DNA from: a virus
Direction: 5' to 3' (one strand)
Length of the DNA stretch: 64,000 bases
Virus record (IMG/VR): IMGVR_UViG_3300025645_000048
Span: 1 to 64,000 of that record
Positions 31,801 through 38,452 of the stretch are shown here, in pieces (position 1 is the first letter of the stretch; each line of letters starts with the position of its first letter). A program made the position numbers and the translations under genes. A model generated the notes under the pieces. It was given only the letters and a program-made list of their open reading frames with translations, did not search any database and was not told the origin of the DNA.

Positions 31801-34800
31801 GAATCTATATTTGATATATTGAACAAGAAGTATCAAACAATTCAGTCTGGTAGACTAAAAGGAGTAACAGTTGACAACGAAACTAGAAAAAAAATAGAAA
31901 GAATTAATGCAATGGTAGTAAACCCTAAAGCTACCGCTGATGAGATTATGAAAGCTAATGAAAAGCTTTTAAAAGAATACAACAAAATAACTCAAGAAGA
32001 GGTTGATATAGATAAATCTTTTGTGTTTTCTAAAAACACAAGTGAAAAAAGGACACAAGTTAAAAGCAGTTTAGATGAAGATGCATTGAGTAGATTGGCA
32101 GAAATTACTACAGCTATGCAAATAAACAATTCATTTTTAGCAGAAATGAACGATCCAAATAAAACCACTTTATTGTCTAATGTATTAAATTCTCTAAATC
32201 AAATGCAAGAGACTGGTAGAGCAAACTTAGAATATGTTCTTCTTAATGATGCAATTACTTACAGAGAAAATGAAAGGAAAGTTTTTAGAGAGATGACTGG
32301 CATAAATTTAGATGCAAAACAATCTTTAATAGACCAAGGAGTTTCTGAAAATGAAATAACAGAGGGAATGATTAATGTAGAGTTTAATAGACTTAAGCAA
32401 GATGTATCAATCGACGCTAAAAGAAAGGGTGGATTAAGACCTCCTACAGTCAGAAAAAGATTTCAAAACATAATTAATAAAATGTTAAACAGTTTTGATC
32501 GTAATGTATTTGCATCAGCTGAAGATTTAACAGGCTTAATAGATAGAATTGTAACTCAACCAGGTGAATTATTTGAAGGTGACACACAGACGATTGTACA
32601 AAAAGCAGTAAGAGAAGCTACTAGAATGTACAAGGCTAGGATGATGGGACAGAAGGATATTTTTGAAAATAAAATGACTGAATTGTTTGGCAAAAGATGG
32701 TTAAAAAACAACGCTAAAAACTCTCAACAGACTGAGATTATAATAATTAGTCAAGCTAAAAATGACCAACTAGTAAAAGAAAAGGAAAAGGTATTGGCTG
32801 ATAAATCTTTAACAAGTGGTGAAAAAACAGCAAAAGTAAAAGGATTAGATGAGGCAATAGATACTAATACTATTTATATAAGTCAAAATCAGTTGATGTA
32901 TTACTACTCTCAAATGCAAGATCCTTCGCTTCAAGAAAGTTTTATAAATACTTTTGCACCTACTGGTAATTATAAAAATGAATTTGAGTCTAGAATAAGA
33001 AAAGAGTTAGAGGATAAGTTAGATCCTAGATTAAAAGAATTTTCTAGTTGGATGATAAATGACTACTACCCATCTTTATATAATCACTACAACGAAACAT
33101 ATAAACAGATTTACCGAACAGACATGCCTTGGAATCAATTTTATGCAGGTAGAGTTTATAGAAAAAATGCCAATGATTCTGAAGGTTTAGATTTATTAGC
33201 TGACAGTAATAATTCTTGGATGACAAATGTAGGTGCTGCAAGTTCTAAAGTTAGATTACAGAACTCTAATCCAATCTCAATGGTTGATGGTATGGATGCT
33301 CTAATTAATTATACTAAAGATATGGAGTACTTTGCTGCTTATGCAGTTCCAGTAAGAAATATTAATAAAATATTTACATCTCCTGCTATTAAAGAAACAA
33401 TTCAAGAAAAGTATGGTAAAGATGTGTGGCAATATATTAATGATTCGATAGAAAAAATTGCAAACAAGGGTGTGCAGAATCAAGGTGAAACTAAGGTTAT
33501 AAATTTATTTAACAATACATTTTTATTATCTCGCCTTGGATTAAACCCAACTCTTACTTTAAAACAGTTGACTTCATTTGTAACCTATGGAAATGAAATA
33601 GGTTATATGAACTGGGTAAAAAACAGTGCAATAAGTTTAGCGAGTATAAAAACAAACTTCAGAGAAGTTATGGACAACTCTATAATTTTACAAGATAGAT
33701 ATGGTAAACCTATAACTAGAGCTGTAGAAAATTATTCTGACAGTAAATTTGAAGAACTTAATGCTAGAGATTTTTCTAATTTTGGTTTAGGTAAACAAAA
33801 TTTAGATAAAATATCAAAAGTATTAATGTTTACAACTATGACTGGTGATAAGGGTGCAATCTTAATTGGTGGTATACCTAACTATGTGTATTATAAAAAC
33901 CAGTATAAAAAGAAAAACCCTAATGCATCTAAACAAGAAGTAATTGATTATGCAATAAGAAAGTTTGAACAAGATACATTAAGAACTCAACAGTCTTATG
34001 ACCTACAAGACAAAGACTACTTTCAAAGCAAAGGCTCTATGGTTAGAGCATTCAATATGTTCTTGACTACACCAAAACAATACTTTAGAAAAGAAATTAT
34101 TGCAATGAGAAACATATATAGACTCGCATCGAGTGGAGGGTTTCTGTCTGCAAAAAACGCTAAATCAGGTAGAGGAACAATGTTCCAAAATTTACGAACA
34201 CTAGGTGTTTATCATGTGGTTATGCCGGTATTCTTTCAATGGGTATCTTCTGGTTTTCCTGGATTAGCAAGAGGCTGGGATGATGAAGACACTGATGACA
34301 TTGCTTTTGCAGCTATGCTTGGTAATTTAAATGCATTGTTTATATATGGTAAAATAGCTGAGACAATAGTAGATGCTGCTGCGGGTAAGCCATGGGTAAG
34401 CAAACCATCAACAATTCCAGTATTAGGGCAAATAGCTTTACTGGGTGATTTATATGTGAGAATGAATAATGCTACATCCCCTGAAAAACAAAAAGAACAC
34501 TTTAATAAATTAATGGCTGAGTTAGTGGCTACTACTGGTATACCAGCTCCACAGCTAAAAAGGTTTTATGAAAATTGGAGTCAATTAGATAAAAGTAAAA
34601 GTTTTGGAGACTTTGTTTTAAAACTATTTAACTTCTCTCAATATGCTCAAAAGAAAAAGAAAAAAGGTGGAGGATTGACTAAAGCAGAACAGAAAAAATA
34701 TTTTCCAGATTTATTTCCAGATGATTTAGAAGGAACAAATGAGGCAAGTGAAATAAAAAAAGAACAAAGAAGATTAAGACAAGAACTTTTAGATGATATG

Positions 34801-34806
34801 TTTTAA
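25828..34806 (+). CDS. Giant internal virion / polyvalent-like protein with zincin motif
   Basis: 2992 aa; GYYNP...IHINL...VAHEVFH...EERVAE metallopeptidase-like motif (HEVFH at 29467-29481). Confidence 0.7.
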   Translation: MDKFKELYQYLVDNEMTDLSEEDFKVKYAQGTDNNSILFTYLQDNELTDLDQQTFNSKYFPQQTQVDVDVVTDEVTDVKDGQEVDSSTMVEETVAYDPREQGMDDTISYNNNATVFEKSLAYVTPDLIDREEEEVVNRMNYHFGDYGFTFEEGGGMMSGMDGMSVRAENGQTINVNLDPIFGDLFGGETQESNKLQDFLKKNKKTNPELEAFNAENNRKRKKYFSKKAVDEDLDDLKTKATSINKRAQVYQTEKTKHEEAMDGLMMVPSQERGAEWQLKYQQQLAVGKRLNELKQTVSNELKSYRTIEKQVHSAVGNYMEMKLNDGSGPGTFLKGFYNSVVGRGISQIFAYGADLGIDGLYGIGQAINEDFSLRSLSGVTEEEKKERYITIAKDLGYDVPTDVMDSDESYQNWLNSLSEEDEMALDGDTDLFTSQLNKEGRKALKDSGKELKNINGKLQLYNPKGGILGKGGYEDVPADYLDKTKRDKLDRLVLDAEVKSAKKPTKEFIKKNWNQLLSFDDVSDEKIAEMREDSIIAEGLLGLGESLPAIGLSLASRGKIKATGQFANVRNIAGRILGLDSKGGVAQVLAFSALQAEAMQEEMDADEDFKYVTEGERKLILGPTALTVAVLERYGLRNLLRNKTIMTGLMNQVTKTLPQGASAALYKSTLEKIVKSNIAKGIYTNKGVKFSTSVAKAALAEAETGGLQQIAEMGYKDIWNDMNEKDMFDQPEMWSKEFWQEAKHAAMAEAVGGFVMGIPGGIVNAYKVGETDNISDATLELFDAIRGDNITMKAYKEQLNLQVADGTKTQKQANEELLQFETLSGAANTIPVDLDITARKKALGLIFERQGLEAEMEGMDKDLGSYKKKEARVEEIKNELSQIGSEQADDSASLEKESENIPTFVSEEKITREELNEPDTFTHRTMSKDAITSWADGGQVIGKKEDLGDFDSRVPNNPLEAASKKEGFNRQSPNFQKGGVYSGKLKPGEFVVVAKGENKFIPSASFQNRKTFEKSGGISTLKPDSRDLSNFNLYKVNEKGELVKQNWNNYKTSKNAIQKSKTTSMDVRQSSGDGKTMGKGNKGTTTQQSTQENQDASQTKSEEKVTKEEQEDIDAFFGQEVGLEVESISDNLSINRQQKDGSKVKDTKLSTQIIRRAKLAAKAIKKIAPNVKMVLHQTTEEFEKFAPKGNGYYNPNTKVIHINLATAKNKTVAHEVFHAVFLEKIAGGDKGAIAAADRLIKSVRKSLPNDSMLAKRMDAFANKYKDSAFQNEERVAELFSLMATEYKSLTKPAKNRVVEFIKSVAKKLGIKISNDFTSSDEAVIDFLNTFSKKVQSGEEVVESDLTALDEINEQLAQDGTAPIGNPTEINKPQEGRQSKIKFNDSYPLSLVTPENKIDINSLIDNISNKKQKVWFWVADQLGLGNVDGIEMDAGPSFSLQPENLKKKTIWASGLDNSKLSKNIDAADYIFIISGSPETSKLFNKKVFDRYIKDLGDYAKFKKDALATNPTKAIRDSLEEFDSWSAMRKSPKRKNFLIALNEQSRKPNTKFHALINNLGGFVSAQSLRDGFYRDNNFAQNDIMMVLKPTGLGGKSNHSTYSTDILGDVVGVPDAKINAREIVPENIKKKIEGTNISVQTSSIAPYGGSTQTAVKTITKPQEGRQQRDTLAEINVFYNMNNSGFFSPQVDTYRLQKELDALNQGYKLRQAPYNQYGQGGGYSIYDSRGKRVRPPKDSEYRQGRQQKMDKENDLLKIIVIGREQGGFKDGAIKDYLKRRKKEVNGKLVPAYSAAEINNAMEVVEGYNEDKYLFKSFPKSFNNIEGGFLAGLKLLKKVNAYYKRLVTNNEKKKSVAVKGTPLTEEQIREKVIEYFVNLKEYQNEGAQGNRLTAQQMAMEKDLLELLLPDPLKANPQRIRAINKRIREIKFDEKNLKKVQIALRNYIRSVLPRDLYTPGEIDNLINKVNRINKENFDSVKNEVFKIVTTKTNKSLQESIFDILNKKYQTIQSGRLKGVTVDNETRKKIERINAMVVNPKATADEIMKANEKLLKEYNKITQEEVDIDKSFVFSKNTSEKRTQVKSSLDEDALSRLAEITTAMQINNSFLAEMNDPNKTTLLSNVLNSLNQMQETGRANLEYVLLNDAITYRENERKVFREMTGINLDAKQSLIDQGVSENEITEGMINVEFNRLKQDVSIDAKRKGGLRPPTVRKRFQNIINKMLNSFDRNVFASAEDLTGLIDRIVTQPGELFEGDTQTIVQKAVREATRMYKARMMGQKDIFENKMTELFGKRWLKNNAKNSQQTEIIIISQAKNDQLVKEKEKVLADKSLTSGEKTAKVKGLDEAIDTNTIYISQNQLMYYYSQMQDPSLQESFINTFAPTGNYKNEFESRIRKELEDKLDPRLKEFSSWMINDYYPSLYNHYNETYKQIYRTDMPWNQFYAGRVYRKNANDSEGLDLLADSNNSWMTNVGAASSKVRLQNSNPISMVDGMDALINYTKDMEYFAAYAVPVRNINKIFTSPAIKETIQEKYGKDVWQYINDSIEKIANKGVQNQGETKVINLFNNTFLLSRLGLNPTLTLKQLTSFVTYGNEIGYMNWVKNSAISLASIKTNFREVMDNSIILQDRYGKPITRAVENYSDSKFEELNARDFSNFGLGKQNLDKISKVLMFTTMTGDKGAILIGGIPNYVYYKNQYKKKNPNASKQEVIDYAIRKFEQDTLRTQQSYDLQDKDYFQSKGSMVRAFNMFLTTPKQYFRKEIIAMRNIYRLASSGGFLSAKNAKSGRGTMFQNLRTLGVYHVVMPVFFQWVSSGFPGLARGWDDEDTDDIAFAAMLGNLNALFIYGKIAETIVDAAAGKPWVSKPSTIPVLGQIALLGDLYVRMNNATSPEKQKEHFNKLMAELVATTGIPAPQLKRFYENWSQLDKSKSFGDFVLKLFNFSQYAQKKKKKGGGLTKAEQKKYFPDLFPDDLEGTNEASEIKKEQRRLRQELLDDMF
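28991..29143 (+). CDS. Overprinted 50-aa basic protein MPFKSQKQRAWMYANLPEMAKRWEKET..., +1 frame inside the giant gene
   Basis: ATG 28991 to TAA 29143; A-rich leader; locally high GC and CG content; resembles a recalled stand-alone small phage protein family. Confidence 0.7.
   Translation: MPFKSQKQRAWMYANLPEMAKRWEKETKGPLPNRAPKKTKMRLKRNRKRK
29937..30815 (+). repeat. 21-bp direct repeat TAAACCTCAAGAGGGGAGGCA flanking an in-frame module
   Basis: Exact copies at 29937-29957 and 30795-30815, both encoding KPQEGRQ. Confidence 0.9.
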
Positions 34807-34998
34807 TTAAACTTCATCAGACAATGACTGAATTAAATCAGCCATAAGTTTACAAACTTTTTGCGCCTTGGCTTTTGCTTCGTTGTGATCTCTCTCCATT
34901 AAGTCTTCATATAATTCGGTGATGAGGTTGTGTGAGTTGTTTGTCACAAAGTTAATATGCTTAATCGCACTCACATCGTCTTGAGATATACCGTTCAT
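34807..34998 (-). CDS. Hypothetical protein
   Basis: Convergent with the giant gene; TATATTTG box on the - strand at 35019-35026. Confidence 0.65.
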   Translation of the reverse strand: MNGISQDDVSAIKHINFVTNNSHNLITELYEDLMERDHNEAKAKAQKVCKLMADLIQSLSDEV

Positions 34999-35044
34999 TT
35001 TTTTTTACCCATCTATACCAAATATAAAAAAATTTTAGTAAGAT

Positions 35045-35260
35045 TCAAATGTCAGTACCTAATTCTTGGTTTATTTTAGCGATATGAATTTCTAGTCTAC
35101 TAATCTCTTTAAGCAATCCTAACATGTTATGTGCAGATATAGGGATGCGTCCACCATTAGGATTATAGGTCCCAGGATAACAACAATTAATAATTAAAAA
35201 TTGATATAAATTTCTTTTATATGATTTGAAATATTCTAAATCTTCGACTTTGTATATCAT
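35045..35260 (-). CDS. Hypothetical protein
   Basis: ORF in the - strand operon with ATGA overlap. Confidence 0.6.
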   Translation of the reverse strand: MIYKVEDLEYFKSYKRNLYQFLIINCCYPGTYNPNGGRIPISAHNMLGLLKEISRLEIHIAKINQELGTDI

Positions 35261-35580
35261 TTTCTAGGTTTTATGTATGAATTTAAACATATCAAATCTA
35301 AATATTCATTCATATTTATTAATGATAAGTCTGTAAGTGTTAAATACTCTCCATGTGTTTTCATCACTTCAACAGCAAAAGTAATAGGTTCATTATAATA
35401 ATGTACTACACCACCTAACACATAAGTAGTAAAATTATTAGGAGAAATATCTCTTAGATTATCTTGTATAAACAAAGCTATTTTTATAGCGATAGGTTCT
35501 TCTATCTCTTCTAGTGAGGTTACAAAGTTATCTTCTACTTCATAGCCTCTATCCTTTATGTACCTCGGTTCTAAATCCAT
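35257..35580 (-). CDS. Hypothetical protein
   Basis: ORF in the - strand operon. Confidence 0.6.
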   Translation of the reverse strand: MDLEPRYIKDRGYEVEDNFVTSLEEIEEPIAIKIALFIQDNLRDISPNNFTTYVLGGVVHYYNEPITFAVEVMKTHGEYLTLTDLSLINMNEYLDLICLNSYIKPRK

Positions 35581-35788
35581 ATTCTTCTAATTCTTTTAAT
35601 CTATACTTCTGTAAAACTGACACCTTACCTTTCGGAGTTTTAACTTCCGAAAACAATACTTCACAGTTCGGAGGTATTGCAAGTAAATCAGGTATCCCAT
35701 TTTTATTAGTCTTAATTAATTTAAGCACATAATATCCTTCAGCCTCTAGTTCTTTTATTCTTTTGCTTTGTATTTGTTGCTCTGTCAT
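35549..35788 (-). CDS. VRR-NUC domain nuclease
   Basis: EQQIQ...GIPDL...FSEVKTPKGKVSVLQ PD-(D/E)xK signature. Confidence 0.88.
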   Translation of the reverse strand: MTEQQIQSKRIKELEAEGYYVLKLIKTNKNGIPDLLAIPPNCEVLFSEVKTPKGKVSVLQKYRLKELEEYGFRTEVHKG

Positions 35789-35960
35789 TTTTATAATCTA
35801 AATAAAAGCCTATAGCTACAATCACATTCATTCCTATTGAAGATACTAACTCAATTAAGTCATGAAAACTATGAATTGATAAATGTATGTGCCCTACAAT
35901 CCAAAAAGGTATTGCTAAGTTCTGGCTTATCCAAATAAGAGTAAACTTAATAAACCTCAT
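35739..35960 (-). CDS. Small membrane protein
   Basis: Two hydrophobic segments and a basic tail. Confidence 0.55.
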   Translation of the reverse strand: MRFIKFTLIWISQNLAIPFWIVGHIHLSIHSFHDLIELVSSIGMNVIVAIGFYLDYKNDRATNTKQKNKRTRG

Positions 35961-35961
35961 A

Positions 35962-37194
35962 TTACAAATTTAGTAAATCCTTTTTGAAATGATTAAGGGT
36001 GTAATCTTTCTTCTTTATAACACTCTTGTATATGTCATCCTCAATACCACCCTCAGAAAATACCCAGTATATTTTATTATACAACCTATCTTTTGTGGTC
36101 ATTCTGTCTCTTGATTGCCAGTAACTTGTAGCACTAAAGTCTATATTGTAATATACCAAGGCTTGTGCATTTTTTAAACTTATACCCTCTCTTCCTGAAA
36201 CTATTTGTAGTGCAATACTTTTATTAGTAGTGTTAAACTCTTCTAGTTCTGTACACAAACCTTTACGATATACTTTTTTTAAAGCATTTAACTCTTCTTT
36301 AAACTTATAAAATATAGCAATCTTTTTACTTCTAAATTGTTTTCTGATAAATTCTGCCTTAGATAAATCTATAACCATAGACTCTCCACTTTCAAATTTA
36401 ACTGTACCAGAATACAGTTGATGTAATTTTGACATAAGCTTTACTGCTGTGTCTGCCAATATTACATTCTCCGATCCTTCAACAACCCTATCTTTGGTAA
36501 GCCTTCTTACTAATGATTTTATCACACTAGTAAGTGGAACATGTAAAACTTCTTCATCAGTGTTAACTTTAAACCCAGCTTCTTTCTGAGTATATGCAAT
36601 TGTATATGGTTTCATATCATCGAGTATTGATTGTAACCCATGACTCCAGTCATTTATAGTCATGGCTCCTATTTTTTTTTGTTTAACTTGTACATATTGT
36701 TTAGCAAACTTGTAAAAACTTTTATATTGATTAAAAGGATTATTTCTAATAGCATAAACCTGGTGGTACATTTGTGAGTAAGATTCTGGTGTTGGTGTAC
36801 CAGATAAAAGAATTACATATGGATTATGTTTTAATATAAACTCTTTAACTGTCTTGGCTCTAAGGCTAGGTTTTGGAAATGCACCCATCGAATGTGCCTC
36901 ATCACAAACTATTAAGTCCCACTTTGTCTCATGAGACACTTTATGTAGGCTTTCGTAATTTATTATAGTAATATTATAGGAAGGATTAAGCATATCATAA
37001 TCTCCTTGTATACTGGAGATTGCTTTTTTCTTTGTAATAAATAAGAGGTTATGAACTGGAAGAGCAAGACTCATAGCCAAACTTGTCAAGGTTTTACCAG
37101 TCCTAACCTCCATAGCAAGATACAAAAATCCATGTTTTTTTAAAACCTCTGTACCTTTTTCTACGATGTCAGATTGATATTGTCTTAATTTCAT
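35962..37194 (-). CDS. SNF2-like superfamily 2 helicase
   Basis: LRQYQ Q-motif, RTGKT Walker A, DEAH, SGTP, SGREGISL, QSRDR; ATGA overlap with the methyltransferase stop. Confidence 0.9.
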   Translation of the reverse strand: MKLRQYQSDIVEKGTEVLKKHGFLYLAMEVRTGKTLTSLAMSLALPVHNLLFITKKKAISSIQGDYDMLNPSYNITIINYESLHKVSHETKWDLIVCDEAHSMGAFPKPSLRAKTVKEFILKHNPYVILLSGTPTPESYSQMYHQVYAIRNNPFNQYKSFYKFAKQYVQVKQKKIGAMTINDWSHGLQSILDDMKPYTIAYTQKEAGFKVNTDEEVLHVPLTSVIKSLVRRLTKDRVVEGSENVILADTAVKLMSKLHQLYSGTVKFESGESMVIDLSKAEFIRKQFRSKKIAIFYKFKEELNALKKVYRKGLCTELEEFNTTNKSIALQIVSGREGISLKNAQALVYYNIDFSATSYWQSRDRMTTKDRLYNKIYWVFSEGGIEDDIYKSVIKKKDYTLNHFKKDLLNL

Positions 37195-38381
37195 ATTATG
37201 TCTTTGCATTTATTAACCACTGCTTGAACAACATCTACAGTCACTGCATTCCCACACATCTTATATCTTTGAGTGTTGCTTACCTTTTTAGTCACCCCAT
37301 CATATATACCATACTCAGTCCAGTTATCAGGAAATCCTTGTAGTCTTTCACACTCTATAGGTGTCAGTCTTCTTATAGATTCATTTTCTATTATGCCATT
37401 GGGTTCAGAGGACCTTAAAGTAAATGCATCCTCACCATCAGATTTAACTGCATTACCAAATTTATCTGAATTGCCTAGTTGTGTTGGCACAACTATACTA
37501 TCTAATGGACTTGTTGTTACTGCATTAGCCACATTATCTTTTCTTGTTTCTAAATCTTTACCATTATCTCTTGTTCTCAATGCACCAGATAAAACTAAAG
37601 GAGGCATGGTGCTAATATCTTTTTCACTGTGTCTTCTTGCAGATAGACAAGGGCTATCACCCTCAGTTCTTATTCGTAGTCCTTCATCATTTCTGTAGTC
37701 TGCAGCTCTTACTATCTTAGGATCTTTATAGTCTCTTGACAACAAAGCTGGTGCAGTATCTTTAAAACCAAACTCTCTTTCAGAAAAGTTACTTACCTGG
37801 GCTACTCCTTTTTGTATTCCTTGAGTCTTGCTTGAGCTGATTTCGATAGGAAAAACTCCTTTCCAATCTCTTGGGGGGTTTGCAGAATATCCGACAAGGT
37901 AGATTCTCTCTCTGTTTTGGGGTAGAAACCACGATGTATTACACAATTGCCATTCAAGTCTATAACCCCCAATGTTGGTAAAGGCTTGGAGGATTGCCGC
38001 AAAATCTCTGCCATCGTTTGAGCTGAATGTTCCTTTAACATTTTCCCAGATAAAAATTCCTGGTCGGCATTCATCAATGAGTCTAATCGCTTCAAGGATA
38101 AGGCTCGATCTATCTCCTCCCATCCCTTTACGATTTCCAGCGACACTAAAGTCTTGGCAAGGGCTTCCAAAGGTGATAGCGTCAATTTTTGGTAACTGTG
38201 TTCCTCGAACATCTGTAACTGATCCGACATACTTACTATTTTTAAAATTATATTTATACACTGCAATGGCATGAGCATCAACTTCTGAAAAGAAAGTTTT
38301 AACTTTATAACCCGCTTTTTCAAAACCTTTGTGAAATCCACCAATTCCTGAAAAAAGGTCTAAAACAGTGATTTTCTTCAT
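37191..38381 (-). CDS. DNA (cytosine-5)-methyltransferase
   Basis: DLFSGIGG (I), GSPCQDFS (IV), ENV (VI), QNRERIY (VIII), RRLTPIECERLQGFP (IX), GNAV (X). Confidence 0.95.
   Translation of the reverse strand: MKKITVLDLFSGIGGFHKGFEKAGYKVKTFFSEVDAHAIAVYKYNFKNSKYVGSVTDVRGTQLPKIDAITFGSPCQDFSVAGNRKGMGGDRSSLILEAIRLIDECRPGIFIWENVKGTFSSNDGRDFAAILQAFTNIGGYRLEWQLCNTSWFLPQNRERIYLVGYSANPPRDWKGVFPIEISSSKTQGIQKGVAQVSNFSEREFGFKDTAPALLSRDYKDPKIVRAADYRNDEGLRIRTEGDSPCLSARRHSEKDISTMPPLVLSGALRTRDNGKDLETRKDNVANAVTTSPLDSIVVPTQLGNSDKFGNAVKSDGEDAFTLRSSEPNGIIENESIRRLTPIECERLQGFPDNWTEYGIYDGVTKKVSNTQRYKMCGNAVTVDVVQAVVNKCKDII
37802..38230 (-). CDS. Nested alternative-frame ORF, putative methyltransferase beta-like subunit
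   Basis: Frame open for 180 codons inside the MTase; ATG at 38230 (MSDQLQMF...); ends ESTLSDIL...FFLS, reminiscent of M.EcoHK31I-type beta polypeptides. Confidence 0.6.
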   Translation of the reverse strand: MSDQLQMFEEHSYQKLTLSPLEALAKTLVSLEIVKGWEEIDRALSLKRLDSLMNADQEFLSGKMLKEHSAQTMAEILRQSSKPLPTLGVIDLNGNCVIHRGFYPKTERESTLSDILQTPQEIGKEFFLSKSAQARLKEYKKE

Positions 38382-38452
38382 ATTTTCTAAAATTCGGCTT
38401 TCATAGATGCGTTCTAAGAGACTTTCTCATAGTTAGTGATACCTACATACCC

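Noticed and set aside
37273-38274. Plus-strand ORFs antisense to the methyltransferase
   Set aside because: Antisense shadows without promoter or motif; the same applies to antisense ORFs in groEL and the structural genes.
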